In this document: piece after piece, positions 50,728-63,499 of the stretch | Layout: each line of letters opens with the position of its first letter | How positions within the stretch are numbered: the first letter of the stretch is position 1 | From: Squalus acanthias | Lineage: Eukaryota | Assembly (NCBI GenBank): GCA_030390025.1 | Contig: CM059432.1 | Location: 21,826,001 to 21,890,000, forward strand | Reading direction: 5' to 3' | DNA: 64,000 bases | Program-made: the position numbers and the translations under genes | Notes under the pieces: model-generated | What the model was told of the DNA's origin: nothing | Databases searched by the model: none | Seen by the model: only the letters and a program-made list of their open reading frames with translations

Positions 50728-53030
50728 AACATAAGAACATAAGAACATAAGAAATAGGAGCAGGAGTAGGCCAATCGGCCCCTCGAGCCTGCTCCGCCAT
50801 TCAATAAGATCATGGCTGATCTGATCCTAACCGCCAATCTACTATCTATCACAGAACCATCTCCTGCATCTAACAGAATTGCACACACGAAATAGGAGCA
50901 GAATCAGGCTACACAGTCCCTGGGCCCGCTCCACTACCCACAGGGCCATGACCGATCCGAACCTAGACTCATGTCCAAATTCCTGCCCGCTCCCCGTAAC
51001 CCTTAATGCCCTTTACTTCTAGGAAACTGTCTATTTCTGTTTTAAATTTAATTAATGTTGTAGCTTCTACAGCTTTTTGTGGCAGCATATTCCATGGACC
51101 TACCACCCTCTGAGTGAAGTAGTTCCTCCTCATCTCAGTTTTGAAAGAGCAGCCCCTTATTCTAAGACTATGTCCCCTAGTTCTCGTCTCACCCGTCATC
51201 GGGAACATCCTCCCCGCATCCACCCGATCCAACCCCTTCACAATCTTATATGTTTCAATAAGATCGCCTCTCATTCTTCTGAACTCCAATGAGTAAAGTC
51301 CCAATCTACCCAACCTCTCCTCATATGACCACCCCCTCATCCCCGGGATTAACCGAATGAACCTTTTTTGCACTGCCTCGAGAGCAAGGATGTCTTTCCT
51401 TAAGTAAGGACACCAAAACTGTATGCAGTATTCCAGGTGCGGTCTCACCAATACCTTGTACAACTGAAGCAATACCTCCCTATTTTTATATTCTATCCCC
51501 CTAGCAATGAAAGCCAACATTCCATTTGCCTTCTTAATCACTTGCTGCACCTGCATACTAACCTTTTGAGTTTCGTGCACCAGGACCCCCAGATCCCTTT
51601 GCACTTCAGTACTCTCCAGTTTCTTGCCATTAAGATAATAAATTGCTCTAGGATTTTTCCTGCCAAAGTGCATCACCTCACACTTTCCAGTGTTGTATTC
51701 CATCTGCCAAATCTCTGCCCACTTACTTAGCCTGTCTATGTCCCCTTGCAGGTTTTTTATGTCCTCCTCATTCATTACTTTCCCTCCCATCTTTGTATCA
51801 TCTGCAAATTTTGATATGTTACACTTGGTCCCTTCCTCCAAATCGTTAATATAGATTGTGAAGAGTTGGGGACCCAGCACTGACCCCTGTGGAACACCAC
51901 TAGTTACTGATTGCCAGTCTGAGAATGAACCATTTATCCCAACTCTTTGCTTTCTGTTAGATAGCCAATCCTCTATCCATGCCAGAATATTACCCCCAAT
52001 TCCGTGATTTTTTACCTTAAGCAATAATCTTTTGTGTGGCACCTTGTCAAATGCCTTTTGGAAGTCTAAATACACTACGTCCACTGGTTCCCCTTTATCC
52101 ACTCTATATGTTACTTCCTCAAAGAACTCCAGCAAATTTGTCAAACATGACTTCCCCTTCGTAAAACCATGCTGACTTTGTCCTATTAAATTATGATTAT
52201 CCAAATGTCCTGTTACTGTTTCCTTAATAATGGACTCCAAAATTTTACCTACCACAGATGTTAGGCTAACCGGTCTATAGTTACCAGCCTTCTGTCTACT
52301 GCCCTTTTTAAATAAGGGTGTTACATTAGCAGTTTTCCAGTCTGCCGGGACCTTAGCGGAATCCAGGGAGTTTTGAAAAATTATTACCAATGCATCTACA
52401 ATCCCTACCGCCACTTCCTTCAAGACTCTAGGATGTAAGCCATCAGGTCCAGGTGATTTATCCGCCTTGAGTCCCATTATTTTACCGAGTACCACTTCCT
52501 TAGTGATTTTGATCGTGTTTAGCTCCTCTCCCCCTATAGCCCCCTGTTTGTCCAGTGTTGGGATATTCTTAGTGTCCTCTACTGTAAAGACTGATACAAA
52601 ATATTCATTCAGTGTTTTTGCCATCTCCATATTTCCCACCATTAATTTCCCGGTCTCATCCTCTAAGGGACCAACATTTACTTTAGCCACCCTTTTTCTT
52701 TTTATATAACTATAAAAACTCTTACTATCTGTTTTTATATTTTTTGCTAATTTACTTTCATAATCTATCTTCCCTTTCTTAATCAATCTTTTTGTTATTT
52801 TTTGCTGCCTTTTAAAGTTTTCCCAATCCTCTGTCCTCCCACTAGATTTCGCTACCTTATATGCCCTTGTTTTTAGTCGAATACTATCCTTAATTTCTTT
52901 ACTTAGCCACGGATGACTGTCCTTTCTTTTACACCCTTTTCTTTTCAGTGGAATATATTTTTTTTGGAAGTTGTAAAATAACTCCTTGAATGTACACCAC
53001 TGATCATGTGTCGTCTTACCCTAAAATTGT
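50728..53030 (-). mobile_element. Young 5'-truncated CR1 LINE
   Basis: TSD gtaag (50723-50727, 53031-53035); (tcttatgt)n tail; uninterrupted RT frame. Confidence 0.95.
50969..52786 (-). CDS. CR1 ORF2 reverse transcriptase (partial, endonuclease absent)
   Basis: 605-aa ORF with KSPGPDG, YRPVSLTS, YLDFQKAFD, GVPQGSVLGP, KFADDTK; the frame stays open upstream to 53020. Confidence 0.85.
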   Translation of the reverse strand: MIKKGKIDYESKLAKNIKTDSKSFYSYIKRKRVAKVNVGPLEDETGKLMVGNMEMAKTLNEYFVSVFTVEDTKNIPTLDKQGAIGGEELNTIKITKEVVLGKIMGLKADKSPGPDGLHPRVLKEVAVGIVDALVIIFQNSLDSAKVPADWKTANVTPLFKKGSRQKAGNYRPVSLTSVVGKILESIIKETVTGHLDNHNLIGQSQHGFTKGKSCLTNLLEFFEEVTYRVDKGEPVDVVYLDFQKAFDKVPHKRLLLKVKNHGIGGNILAWIEDWLSNRKQRVGINGSFSDWQSVTSGVPQGSVLGPQLFTIYINDLEEGTKCNISKFADDTKMGGKVMNEEDIKNLQGDIDRLSKWAEIWQMEYNTGKCEVMHFGRKNPRAIYYLNGKKLESTEVQRDLGVLVHETQKVSMQVQQVIKKANGMLAFIARGIEYKNREVLLQLYKVLVRPHLEYCIQFWCPYLRKDILALEAVQKRFIRLIPGMRGWSYEERLGRLGLYSLEFRRMRGDLIETYKIVKGLDRVDAGRMFPMTGETRTRGHSLRIRGCSFKTEMRRNYFTQRVVGPWNMLPQKAVEATTLIKFKTEIDSFLEVKGIKGYGERAGIWT

Positions 53031-54171
53031 GTAAGCAAGCACAGGGGTGATGGGCGAATGGGACTTGGTGCAGGTTAGGACATGAGCAGCCGAGTTTTGG
53101 ATGACCTCAAGTTTACGTAGGGTGGAATGTGGGAGGCCAGCCAGGACTGCGTTGGAATAGTCAAGTCTAGAGGTAACAAAGGCATGGATGAGGGTTTCAG
53201 CAGCGGATGAGCTGGGCAAGGGCGGAGACGGGCAATGTTACAGAGGTATAAGTAGGCGGTCTTTGATATGCTGCGGATATGTGGTTGGAAGCTCATTTCA
53301 GGATCAAATATGACACCAAGGTTGCGAACAGTGTGGTTCAGCCTCAGACAAATGTTAGGGAGAGGGATGGAGTCAGTGGCTAGGGAACAGAGTTTGTGGC
53401 GGGGACCGAAAGCAATGGCTTCGGTCTTCCCAATATTTAATTGGAGAAAATGTTTGCACATCCAGAACTGTATGTCGGACAAGCAGTCTGACAATTTAAA
53501 CACAGTGGAGGGATCGAGAGAAGAGGTGGTGAGGTAGAGCTGGGTGTCGTAGGCGTACATGTGGAAACTGACGCTGTGTGTTCGGATGATGTCGCCAAGG
53601 GGCAACATGTAGATGAGAAATAGGACGGGGCCAAGGATAGAACCTTGGGGGACACTAGATGTAACGATGCGGGAGTGGGACGAGAAGCCATTGCAGGTGA
53701 TTCTCTGGCTACGATTTGATAGATAAGAATGGAACCAGGCGAGTGCAGTCTCACCCAGCTGGACGACGGTGGAGAGGCGTTGGAGAAGGATGGAGTGGTC
53801 AACCGTGTCAAAGGCTGCAGACAAGTTGAGAAGGACAAGGAGGGATAGTATAAAGGCACTATAGAAATGCATGTTGTTGTTATTGAGAGTATGCATTGCA
53901 CATCAAGCAAATGGAATGTACGTATATAAGTGTCATACATCTCACCAGTGGTAGTATAATGGGCGTCCGATCCACTAGCACCAGATATCTAAGCAGTTTG
54001 GGTTGGAGACTGTTAAGCATCTTGATAGGCTTCCGTGTATGTCAGATAGCTAGCTGACCAATCAGGAATATTATCATTGATAAAATAGAGAGAGGAAAGG
54101 AAGGTTGCAGTAGAAACGAGAGGTTGGAGGCTAGATTATGCTGCAAATGCTGGGAATGTGCAATTAAAAAA

Positions 54172-54300
54172 AATGCTGGAACAACACAGCAAGTTCTTCA
54201 GCATCTGAAAAGACAAAAGACAAATTAACATCTTGGTTGTCCCCCTTTTACAGAACTGGCAAAGTAGTTCTGAAGAAGGACACACATGTTAACCAGTCTT
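54172..54300. repeat. Highly decayed fold-back PLE terminal relic
   Basis: aaatgctggaa...ttaaca...cagaactg / tagttctgaagaagg...tgttaac; GAAA is lost. Confidence 0.5.
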
Positions 54301-54737
54301 TTCTCTTTTTAGCTTCTTTTTAATTAGCCTCATATTTATTGTTAGATTTGACTTTGCCAAGCAATGATAAAACCCTTAATACATACAAAGCTTCTCGTCC
54401 ATTATTGCCTAATTAGTAAACAGCAGGGGCGAGCAAAATGTTTAGAGTTTATACTCCCTTTAAGGGGATATTTTTGGCCGGGCTTTTGTCTGCTGCCTAG
54501 CTTTTGCATATTTTCCCATCATTACTGTTTCATCTGCGTCCAGGCTCAGCAAGAAATCCTCTCACTTGATGCTAGCAATAAACATGGGAAATAGCAGTGT
54601 ACAGTGGAGTTTGCCCATCGTTTTGTTCAATTTGTCAAACAAATTGTTTATTTCTGTTATTAGCATAAAGTTTTCTAGCCCTATTATCACACAGTTAAGC
54701 TGGGATTTACAGTGTCTATAAAACATTTTTGGCCGAA

Positions 54738-55125
54738 CAGTTCCCCTGATGGCTTAGTGGGTAAATTACACTGTCTGGTCCCGGTGTGATACCAAGTCAT
54801 GTAAGCCAAGTATGTCCCAAGTTAAATTCCACCATCTCTGCTGAGTTAGCTATAATTGTCACAGTGCCTCTGGACTAGGAAGTGGCAAAATAGCCGTGCT
54901 TCCACTCCCGATTTCTATTCACTGACCAGTGCTGGAATGTGCATTTGTATGGCCCTTAGGTGAGGACAGGAATCAGCTAAGCTGTATATCTCCACCCCCT
55001 CCCCAACATAGGCAAACACCAAGCCAACGCTGACTCTTAAAGCTCACACATGAAGGATGTACACTTTGGCTGTGCACTAGAGGATTGAAAGCTGTAATAG
55101 AGCCATATCCCCAGCTGAATCAATG
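54738..55125 (+). repeat. Old SINE-like repeat with tRNA-like head
   Basis: gatggcttagtgggtaaa start; similar to the 32055 and 40140 copies. Confidence 0.5.
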
Positions 55126-56006
55126 GGGGTAATTGTAACCATTGTAACTTATCTATTTAATATCTTCCATTTGTACCATTTATAATTCTCTTGAAGTCAA
55201 TGGAAAAGAAAATCAGAGGGTGTAAAACAGATGGCAGATTCACTATTGCCCATTTTTCCCCATGCGCTAAAAGTTAAAATGACCTCCAATGACTTTGGGA
55301 GAAGAGCAGGCTTTGAACCGAGTACCTGGCCCAGTTCCATACTCGGCAGTTGCATCTACCAAATGAACTTCAGAGGAACACTCACTAAGGAATTTTAAAG
55401 AAGCATTATCACCCTGTAGAATTATTGGGATATCTATTGACCTTTGTAAATATACATAGTCCAATGACTATCATCCAACAATACAGTGCCATTGCCTGCA
55501 ACGTGTGTACACCAATCCTGTCACAGAAATGTTGAGTGTTGCTTGCACAGGACACCAAAACAATCCAATAGAAAAGGGAACTTTGGCTTTTCCAGAAATT
55601 GAAATTCTCTCCACAAAATAGTGATTCCCCTCCCCCCTTTAAAAATCCTAATGGAGATCACTTGGCCCCTTAATAATCATCATCAATCATGTGATACCTC
55701 AGCAAGAGAATTTGACTTTGGTTTTACGACCTACTCAAGAAAGTGCCAGCAATATTAAAATCTTTGATCACCTCGACTTTGCTGATAGTTTTTGATTTCC
55801 TTTAAAGCAACCCATGCAGAGCTCAAGGACAGCTCCTGAAGGTCAGCAGAGTAACTATGCAGATCAGGTCGACAACAGACATGTTCCCTCTGTGGAAAGA
55901 TCAGACTTTCTACAGTGAGAGATGTGATAACTTCATGCACTCTATTCAATGTCAGCTTCATCAAAGCTGATTAGAAAAAAAGCAGATCTCTCATTTGGAA
56001 GACATT

Positions 56007-56750
56007 GGCCCAAAAATTAGTCCCGCGACGCGAGAGTACGCACTGTGTACTCTCGCGTATTCTGTCACCAATTGCCGGTTTTCTGCATGCACTGCGCATG
56101 CGCTGAAAACCGGCACTTGGTTTTTGGAAAAGGGGGCGGTTCCTCGGTGCAGCGCGTGCGCGCTACAGGCTGCGCGCACGCTGTGCACTTAGTGCTTTGG
56201 ACGCGCAGGTAAGGACGGAAGATTTTAGAAATGAAAAAAGGAGGAGTAAGACCCACTTTTAACAAGGTAAGTAGTGAATTAAGTATTATTTTGAATTTTT
56301 TTTAACAGGTATATCTTTTTTAGAGACTTTAAAGACAGGTAAGTTTATTTTTATAACTTTTTAAAAGATTTTAATTTTTTTCAAAAATTTAATTTTTTAT
56401 TTAAAATGGTTAATTTATTTAACTATACTTATTTTATTAATGTGATGGTTTTTTTTTTAAATTTAATTGCGGTTTAGCTGTTATTTTGGGGGGGTGTAAG
56501 ATTCATAGCTTTCACAGCACTTATGTGAAACTTATGAATGGAAGATGGTGTGCTGCCATTGGCTCTAACTGAGTCACGTGATCCCACAGCTCGCACGAAT
56601 TCACTACGCCGGTGGGATACGCAAGCACTGCCCAGCTGATGTCTAGAACATCAAGTTCGTGCGAGCTGGATCTGAAAAAGCCAACGCGGAGTGAGAGATC
56701 GCGGGGAAGCCTTACCCCCGCGTCAACACTCAGTCTTTAATTTCTGGGCC
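56007..56750 (+). mobile_element. MITE family A, copy 3
   Basis: TIRs ggcccaaaaatt / aatttctgggcc; TSD att. Confidence 0.9.
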
Positions 56751-56791
56751 ATTATGAAAGCTTCATAGCATCAAAAAGCAAAATTTATGAG

Positions 56792-57508
56792 TCAGCCTTG
56801 GCTCAGTGGTAGCACTCTCACCTCTAAATCTGTAGGTCATAAGTTCCAGCCCCATTTCAGAGACTAGGGGCGATTTTAACTCTACTCGCTCAGCAGAATC
56901 TTGGCGGGTGGGTAGTTAAAATCGGTCTGGCTCTTACCTGTCTGAAAGCTGCCATGATCGCAATATTTGCAATTTTAACCTGCTCTCCTGAGCAGGTAGC
57001 AAGGACACTCACCCAGAGCCAACAGGGTCCTTCTTTACATATGCATGTTGCGGCTTGATGACATAATTGAGACCTGACTGTAATTTTAACTCAGGTCTGA
57101 GCAAGGAATCCACCTGGAGTTAAAATCGAAGCCACCCAGGCTGACATTTCAATGCAGTTCTAAGAAAGTTCTGGACTATTGGTGGTTCTGTCTTTGAGAT
57201 GAGATGTTAAACAACGGCCCCATCTGCTCTCTCAGTTGGATGTAAAATATCCCATGGGCACTTTTCAAATGAGATCAGGGGAGTTCTCTCAGGGTCCTAG
57301 ACAGCAATTATGCCTCAACCAACATCACCCAAAAAAATTGATTATCAGGTATCTTATTGCTGTTTGTGGGACCTTGCTGTGTGCAAGTTGATTGCTGTAT
57401 TTCCATATATTGCAACAGCGATTACACTTCAAAAGTACTTCATTGGCTGTGAAGCGCTTTGGGACATCCTGAGGTCATGAAAGACGCCATATAAATACAA
57501 GCTCTTTT
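56792..57508 (+). mobile_element. DeuSINE-like SINE interrupted by short MITE 56867-57134
   Basis: Head ttggctcagtggtagcac; body resumes at caggctgacatttc. Confidence 0.8.
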
Positions 57509-57953
57509 TTACTTTTATTTTGCTGGATCTGAAAGGCAACAGGGTAGAATGTCTGCAGGGGTTCCCCAATCACTAACCAAAATTCCAGGCAAGTGTCTAA
57601 AAGATTGGCTAATATTTCATGTGGTGCATTTCATCACAGCTATCACTGTCAGGAGGGTAATCCCTTGATAGGACTCGCTGCTGAAACTAGTTAGCTGGTG
57701 CAATATTTGGGTGGGAGGGGGATAGCCCAAGGTGGCAGCATCCCATATTATTCTTGTGAAGCCCAGAGGAGCACTTCTTCTCCTACTGGCCCCATGAAAA
57801 TAATCTCAGACTTACCATTTTTGGCCCTCTTTGGCTCTACCACTGGGTAAACATGTTTCACACAGCTGTCTCCCAAAATGGCAATCAGGGTCCTATGTAC
57901 ATCATAGGACCCCGATTTGCAAATCAAACGGGCCTACTGCCTGAAGCCCTATA

Positions 57954-58432
57954 GGGTACGGCAGCATATTAACCTAGAAGGCTGGACTAATGATCCAGAG
58001 ACATGAGTTCAAATCCCACCATGGCAGCTGGGGAATTTAAATTCAGTTAATTAAATAAATCTGGATTAAAAAGCTAGTATCAGTAATGGTGACCATGAAA
58101 CAACCAGATTGTCATAAAACCCCATCTGGTTCTAAACCCACTAATGTCCTTTAGGGAAGAAAATCTGCTGTCCTTATCTGGTCTGGCCTATATGTGACTC
58201 CAGACCCACAGCAATGTGATTGACTGACTCTTAACTGCCCTCTGAAATGCTCTAGCAAGCCACTCAGTTGTACCAAACCGCTGCGACAGAAGTCAGCACT
58301 GAGGGACTACCTTCACCACATGGACTGCAGTGGTTCAAGAAGGCAGCTCACCACCACCTTCTCGAGGGCAATTAGGGATAGGCAATAAATGCTGGCCTTG
58401 CCAGCGACGCCCACATCCCATGAACGAATAAA
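57954..58432 (+). mobile_element. tRNA-derived SINE, second family
   Basis: Reverse complement of 24645-25102; B box gagttcaaatcc. Confidence 0.8.
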
Positions 58433-58699
58433 TTTAAAAAAAACAGGCCGCCCAGTGGATGGCTCCCTTTCAGCATGGTGTCAGCCTGGACTGGGAATGA
58501 GAATGGGGTGGTAGGTTTTTCTCAACGATTTTCGCGATGCTACCACCCAATTTGCACCTAGTGGAACCAGTGAATATCTGCCCCTTCATCTCAAAATTGA
58601 AAAAAACCCATAGAAAATAGGGCTAATTTTGTGCAGCAAATACTGCTTCTACCTTTCAATAATTAGGCACAAATATTTAGAGGATTAATGCATAATCCC

Positions 58700-58905
58700 T
58701 CAACCAACACCACTTAGATTATCTGGTCATTTATCTCGTTGCTGCTTGTGTGAACTTGCTGTACACATATCTGACTGTAGCGTTCGCTTACATTACAACA
58801 GTGGTGGCTGTACTGCAAAAGTACTTCATTGGTTTTAAAGCGCTTTGGGATGTTGGGATGTTCTGAGGACATTTAAGACCCTATATAAATGCAAGTTCTT
58901 TCTTT
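58700..58905 (+). mobile_element. DeuSINE-like SINE tail fragment
   Basis: agattatctggtcatt...tatataaatgcaagttctttc. Confidence 0.7.
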
Positions 58906-59684
58906 CTTTTTTTCTATCTTTCTTTTTTTCTTTCTGTATCTCTCATTAAAGGACACTTTCTAAATCCAAACCTCTTCCTGTCTACCAGTAAACAATACAG
59001 CAGGCCCTGACAAAATGTCCACGTATAACATTGCTTTGTTTATGCTACCAATCTTTGGCTTCCAGCTCCCTTTTAAACTAATGAGCAACATGGGTGGTGA
59101 AACCAAGGTCACATTAAATGTGCTTTATAGACAGTGCTAAAAATACAATGCAAAACAATTACCCTTTCTGTCTACTGAGGGAGGAAAAGACGGTTGTAAT
59201 GAACAACTGGAACGTAAGCATGTTGTAGTTAAGCCTTTGAATATGTTTCCATATATTGATATGAGATGCCTGAATACATGTTTAAATAACAATAATTATA
59301 TAGGGATCCCAGACGATCTTGCTGGAGCTGTAGTGCCATCTACCAGTTATAGAAAATAACAGTCAGCGTGATCTGCTTTAAACCTAAGAAACAAGACACT
59401 GGATTGATGAAGTCAGGATCTTATAAGCATTATGAATAAGGTTGACACGCTAAAAAATTTTTTGTGGATGGTCTATTTTTTGAGCTCATTATTTTTTTAT
59501 GTAAATTGGCCTGAAAAAGTCTGGTTGCCCGAATTTTGTCCATTTTTTTAGCACATTTCCTTCTGTGTTGGTATTGTAGAGTTCACAGTAAAATATCAAA
59601 ACCAGTCCAGACTTAAAATGATCATAACTTCGAAATGCAGGCCAGCGACATCAGCGAGAAGAGGAGTGGCAGTCCCAACTATAA

Positions 59685-60165
59685 AAACAACTTGCATTTA
59701 ACGTAGTAAAACGTCCCACGGCTCTTCACAGCAGCGATTATCAAACAAAACTTGACACCGAGCCACATAAGGGGATATTAGGACAGGTGACCAAAAGCTT
59801 GGTTAAAGTAGTAGGTCTTATAGAGCGTTTTAAAGGAGGAGGAAGAGGTAACAAGGCGGAGAGGTTTAGGGAGCAAATTCCAGAACTTAGGGCCGAGACA
59901 GCTGAAGGCATGGCCGACAATGGTGGGGCGATGAAAATTGGGGATGCACAAGAGGTCAGAATTGGAGGAGCGTAGAATTTTCGGGGGGTTGTGCGGCTAG
60001 AGGAGATAACAGAGATAGGGAGGGTGAGGCCATGGAGGGATTTGAAATCAAGGATGAGAATTTTAAAATCGAGGCGTTGCTGGACTGGGAGACAATGTAG
60101 GTCAGAGAGCATGGGTTAATGAGTGAATTAAATGAATTAGGATACGGGCAGCAGAGTTTTGGATG
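59685..60165 (-). mobile_element. L2-type LINE 3' fragment
   Basis: LHCLPVQQRLDFKIL; collinear with 50295-50722. Confidence 0.85.
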
Positions 60166-60529
60166 AAATCTTATTCTTTTCAGAGTCATTAAATAGGTGT
60201 GAATTTAACCTAAAAAACATCCTCTCATTGAGTATAAAATATTCATTAGTGGGTATCATATATTTTAGCAAATATATATCATATCAAGTGCCTTTTAATC
60301 ATCAATCCAAATAAATTTTGTGAACATTTCTTGTGTTTATAAGGTATTTTCACACTGCTTCACTTTGCACGCTTTATCATCATTTAAAAAGTGGATAAAA
60401 TTACACCATGCGATATTAGTAACAAATGTTTCAGTACATTCATTAACATAGAAGATAGGAGCAGGAGTAGGCCATTCGGCCACTCGAGCCTGCTCCGCCA
60501 TTTAATGAGATCATGGCTGATCATCCAAA

Positions 60530-63315
60530 TTCAGTACCCTGTCCCTGCTTTCTCCCCATATCCCTTGATCCCTTTAGCCTTAAGAAATATATCTAACTCC
60601 TTCTTGAATATATTTCATGAATTGGCCTCAACTGCCTTCTCTGGTAGAGAATTCAACAGGTTCACCACTCTCTGGGTGAAGAAATTCCTCCTCATCTCAG
60701 TCCTAAATGGCTTACCCCTTATCCTTAGACTGTGACCCTGGTTCTGGACTCCCCGCCATCGGGAACATCCTTCCTGCATCTAGTCTGTCTAGTCCTGTTA
60801 GAATTTTATACATTTCAATGAGATCCCCTCTCATTCTTCTAAACTCTAGCGAATATAAGCCTAATCGACCCAATCTCTCCTCATATGTCATTCCTGCCAT
60901 CCCAGGTATCAGTCTGGTGAATCTTCGCTGCACTCTCTCCATGGCAAGAACATCCTTCCTCAGATAAGGCAACCAAAACTGCACACAATACTCAAGGTGT
61001 GGTCTCACCAAGGCCCTGTACAACTGCAGCAAGACATCCTTGCTCCTGTACTCGAATCCTCTCGTTATGAAGGCTAACATACCATTTGCCTTCTTAACCG
61101 TCTGTTGCACCTGCATGCTTACCTTCAGCGACTGGTGCACAAGGACACCCAGGTCTCGTTGCACTTCCCCTTTTACCAATCTATTGCCGTTCAGATAATA
61201 ATCTGTCTTCCTGTTTTCGCCACCGAAGTGGATAACCTTGCATTTATCCACATTATACTGCATCTGCCATGCATCTGCCCAATCACTCAACCTGTCCAAA
61301 TCATACTGGAGTTTCTCTGCATCATCCTCACAGCACACATGCCCACCCAGCTTTGTGTCGTCTGCAAACTTGGAGATATTACATCTAGTTCCCTCATCTA
61401 GATCATTTATATATATTGTGAATAGCTGGGGTCCCAGCACCGATCCCTGTGGTACCCCACTAGTCGTGCCTGCCACTCGGAAAAAGACCCGTTTATTCCA
61501 ACTCTTTGCTTCCTGTCTGCCAACCAGTTTTCTATCCAAGACAGTACCTTACCCCCAATCCCATGTGCTTTAACTTTGCACGCTAATCTCTTATGCAGGA
61601 CCTTATCGAAAATCCAAATACACCACATCCACTGGTTCTCCCTTATCTATTCTACCAGTTACATCCTCAAAAAATTCCAGTAGATTAGTCAAGCATGATT
61701 TACCTTTTGTAAATCCATGTTGACTTTGTCCGATCCTGTCACTGTTTTCCAAGTGCTCTTCTTTTACATCTTTTAGAATGGACTCTAGCATTTTCCCCAC
61801 TACCGATGTCAGGCTTACCGGTCTATAATTCCCCGTTTTCTCTCTAACACCTTTTTTAAATAGTGGGGTTACATTAGCTATTCTCCAATCCATGGGAACT
61901 GTTCCAGAGTCTATAGAATTTTGGAAGATGACCAGCAATGCATCTACTATTTCTAGGGCCACTTCCTTAAGTACCCTAGGATGTAGATTATCAGGCCCTG
62001 GGGATTTATCGGCCTTCAATCCCGTCAATTTCCCTAACACCATTTCCCTACAAATACTGATTTCATTCAATTCCTCCCTCTCATTAGACCCTATGTTCCC
62101 TGACATCTCTGGGAGGTTATTTGTGTCCTCCTTTGTGAAGACAGAACCAAAGTATGTATTTAATTGGTCTGCCATTTCTTTGTTCCCCATTATAAATTCC
62201 CCTGATTCTGACTGCAAGGGACCTATGCTTGACTTCACCAATCTTTTTCTCTTCACATATCTATAGAAGCTTTTACAGTCAGTTTTTATGTTCCCTGAAA
62301 GCTTACTCTCATAATCTATTTCCCCCCTCTTAATTAATCCCTTTGTCCTCCTTTGCTGAATCCTAAACTGTTCCCAATCCTCAGGTTTGCTGCTTTTTCT
62401 AGCCAAATTATATGTCCTCTCCTTGGATCTTATGCTATCCCTAATTTCCCTTGTTAGCCACGGTTGAGTCACCTTTTTTGTTTTATTTTTATGCCAAACA
62501 GGGATGAACAAATTCTGTAGTTCATCCATGCGATCTTTAAATGTTTGCCATTGCCTATCCACCATCAACCCTTTAAGTAATGTTCCCCAATCCATCCTAG
62601 CCAACTCGTGCCTCATACCATTGTAGTTTCCTTTATTTAAATTCAGGACCCTAGTCTCTGAGTCAACTACTTCACTCTCCATTTTAATGAAGAATTCTAT
62701 CATATTATGATCGCTCCTCTCCAAGGGGCCTCGCACAACAAGATTGCTAATTAATCCTTTCTCATTACATAATACCCAGTCTAAGATGGCCTGATCTCTA
62801 GTTGGTTCCTCGACATATTGGTCCAGGAAACCATCCCGTATACACTCTAGGAATTCCTCCTCCACAGTATTGTTACTAATTTGGTTAGCCCAATCTATAT
62901 GTAGATTAAAGTCACCCATGATAATGACTGTGCCCTTATTGCACGCATCTCTAATTTCCCATTTAATGCCATCCCCAACCTCAGCATTACTGTTTGGGGG
63001 TCTGTATACAACTCCCACTAACATTTTCTGCCCCTTGGTATTTCTCAGCTCTGCCCATACAGATTCCACATCATCAGAGCTAGTATCCTTCCTTACTATT
63101 GTGTTAATCTCCTCTTTAACCATCAATGCTACCCCACCTCCTTTTCCTTTTTTCCTGTCCTTCCTGAATATTGAATACCCCTGGATGTTGAATTCCCAGT
63201 CTTGGTCACCCTGGAGCCATGTCTCCGTAATCCCAATTATATCATATCCGTTTACATCTATTTGCGCAGCTAATTCATCCACCTTATTACGAATGCTCCT
63301 CGCATTAAGACACAA
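60530..63315 (-). pseudogene. CR1 ORF2 (AP endonuclease plus RT), disrupted
   Basis: Consecutive ORFs 61603-63315, 61407-61628 and 60712-61539 separated by frameshifts. Confidence 0.9.
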
Positions 63316-63499
63316 AGCCTTCAGGCTTGATTTTTTAACACTCTTAGTCCTTTTAGAATTATTATTTACTGTGGCCCTGTTTGATTTACACCCTTGATTT
63401 CTCTGCCTTCCACTTTTGCTTTTCTCCTTCCTGTCTTTTGTTTCTATCCTTGCTTCCCTTTCCTCTGTCTACCTGCACAGGTTCCCAACCCCCTGCCAT

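Larger units (their letters stand above)
50295..53845 (-). mobile_element. L2-type LINE fragment split by a CR1 insertion
   Basis: LLNLSAAFDTVDH, VPQGSILGP, HMYAYDTQLY in ORF 53075-53896; LHWLPVKQRLDLKIL in ORF 50399-50800. Confidence 0.9.

Noticed and set aside
55772..55889. Further minus-strand exon candidates (also about 21856-22098)
   Set aside because: Weak donor or incompatible phase, and no recognisable peptide.
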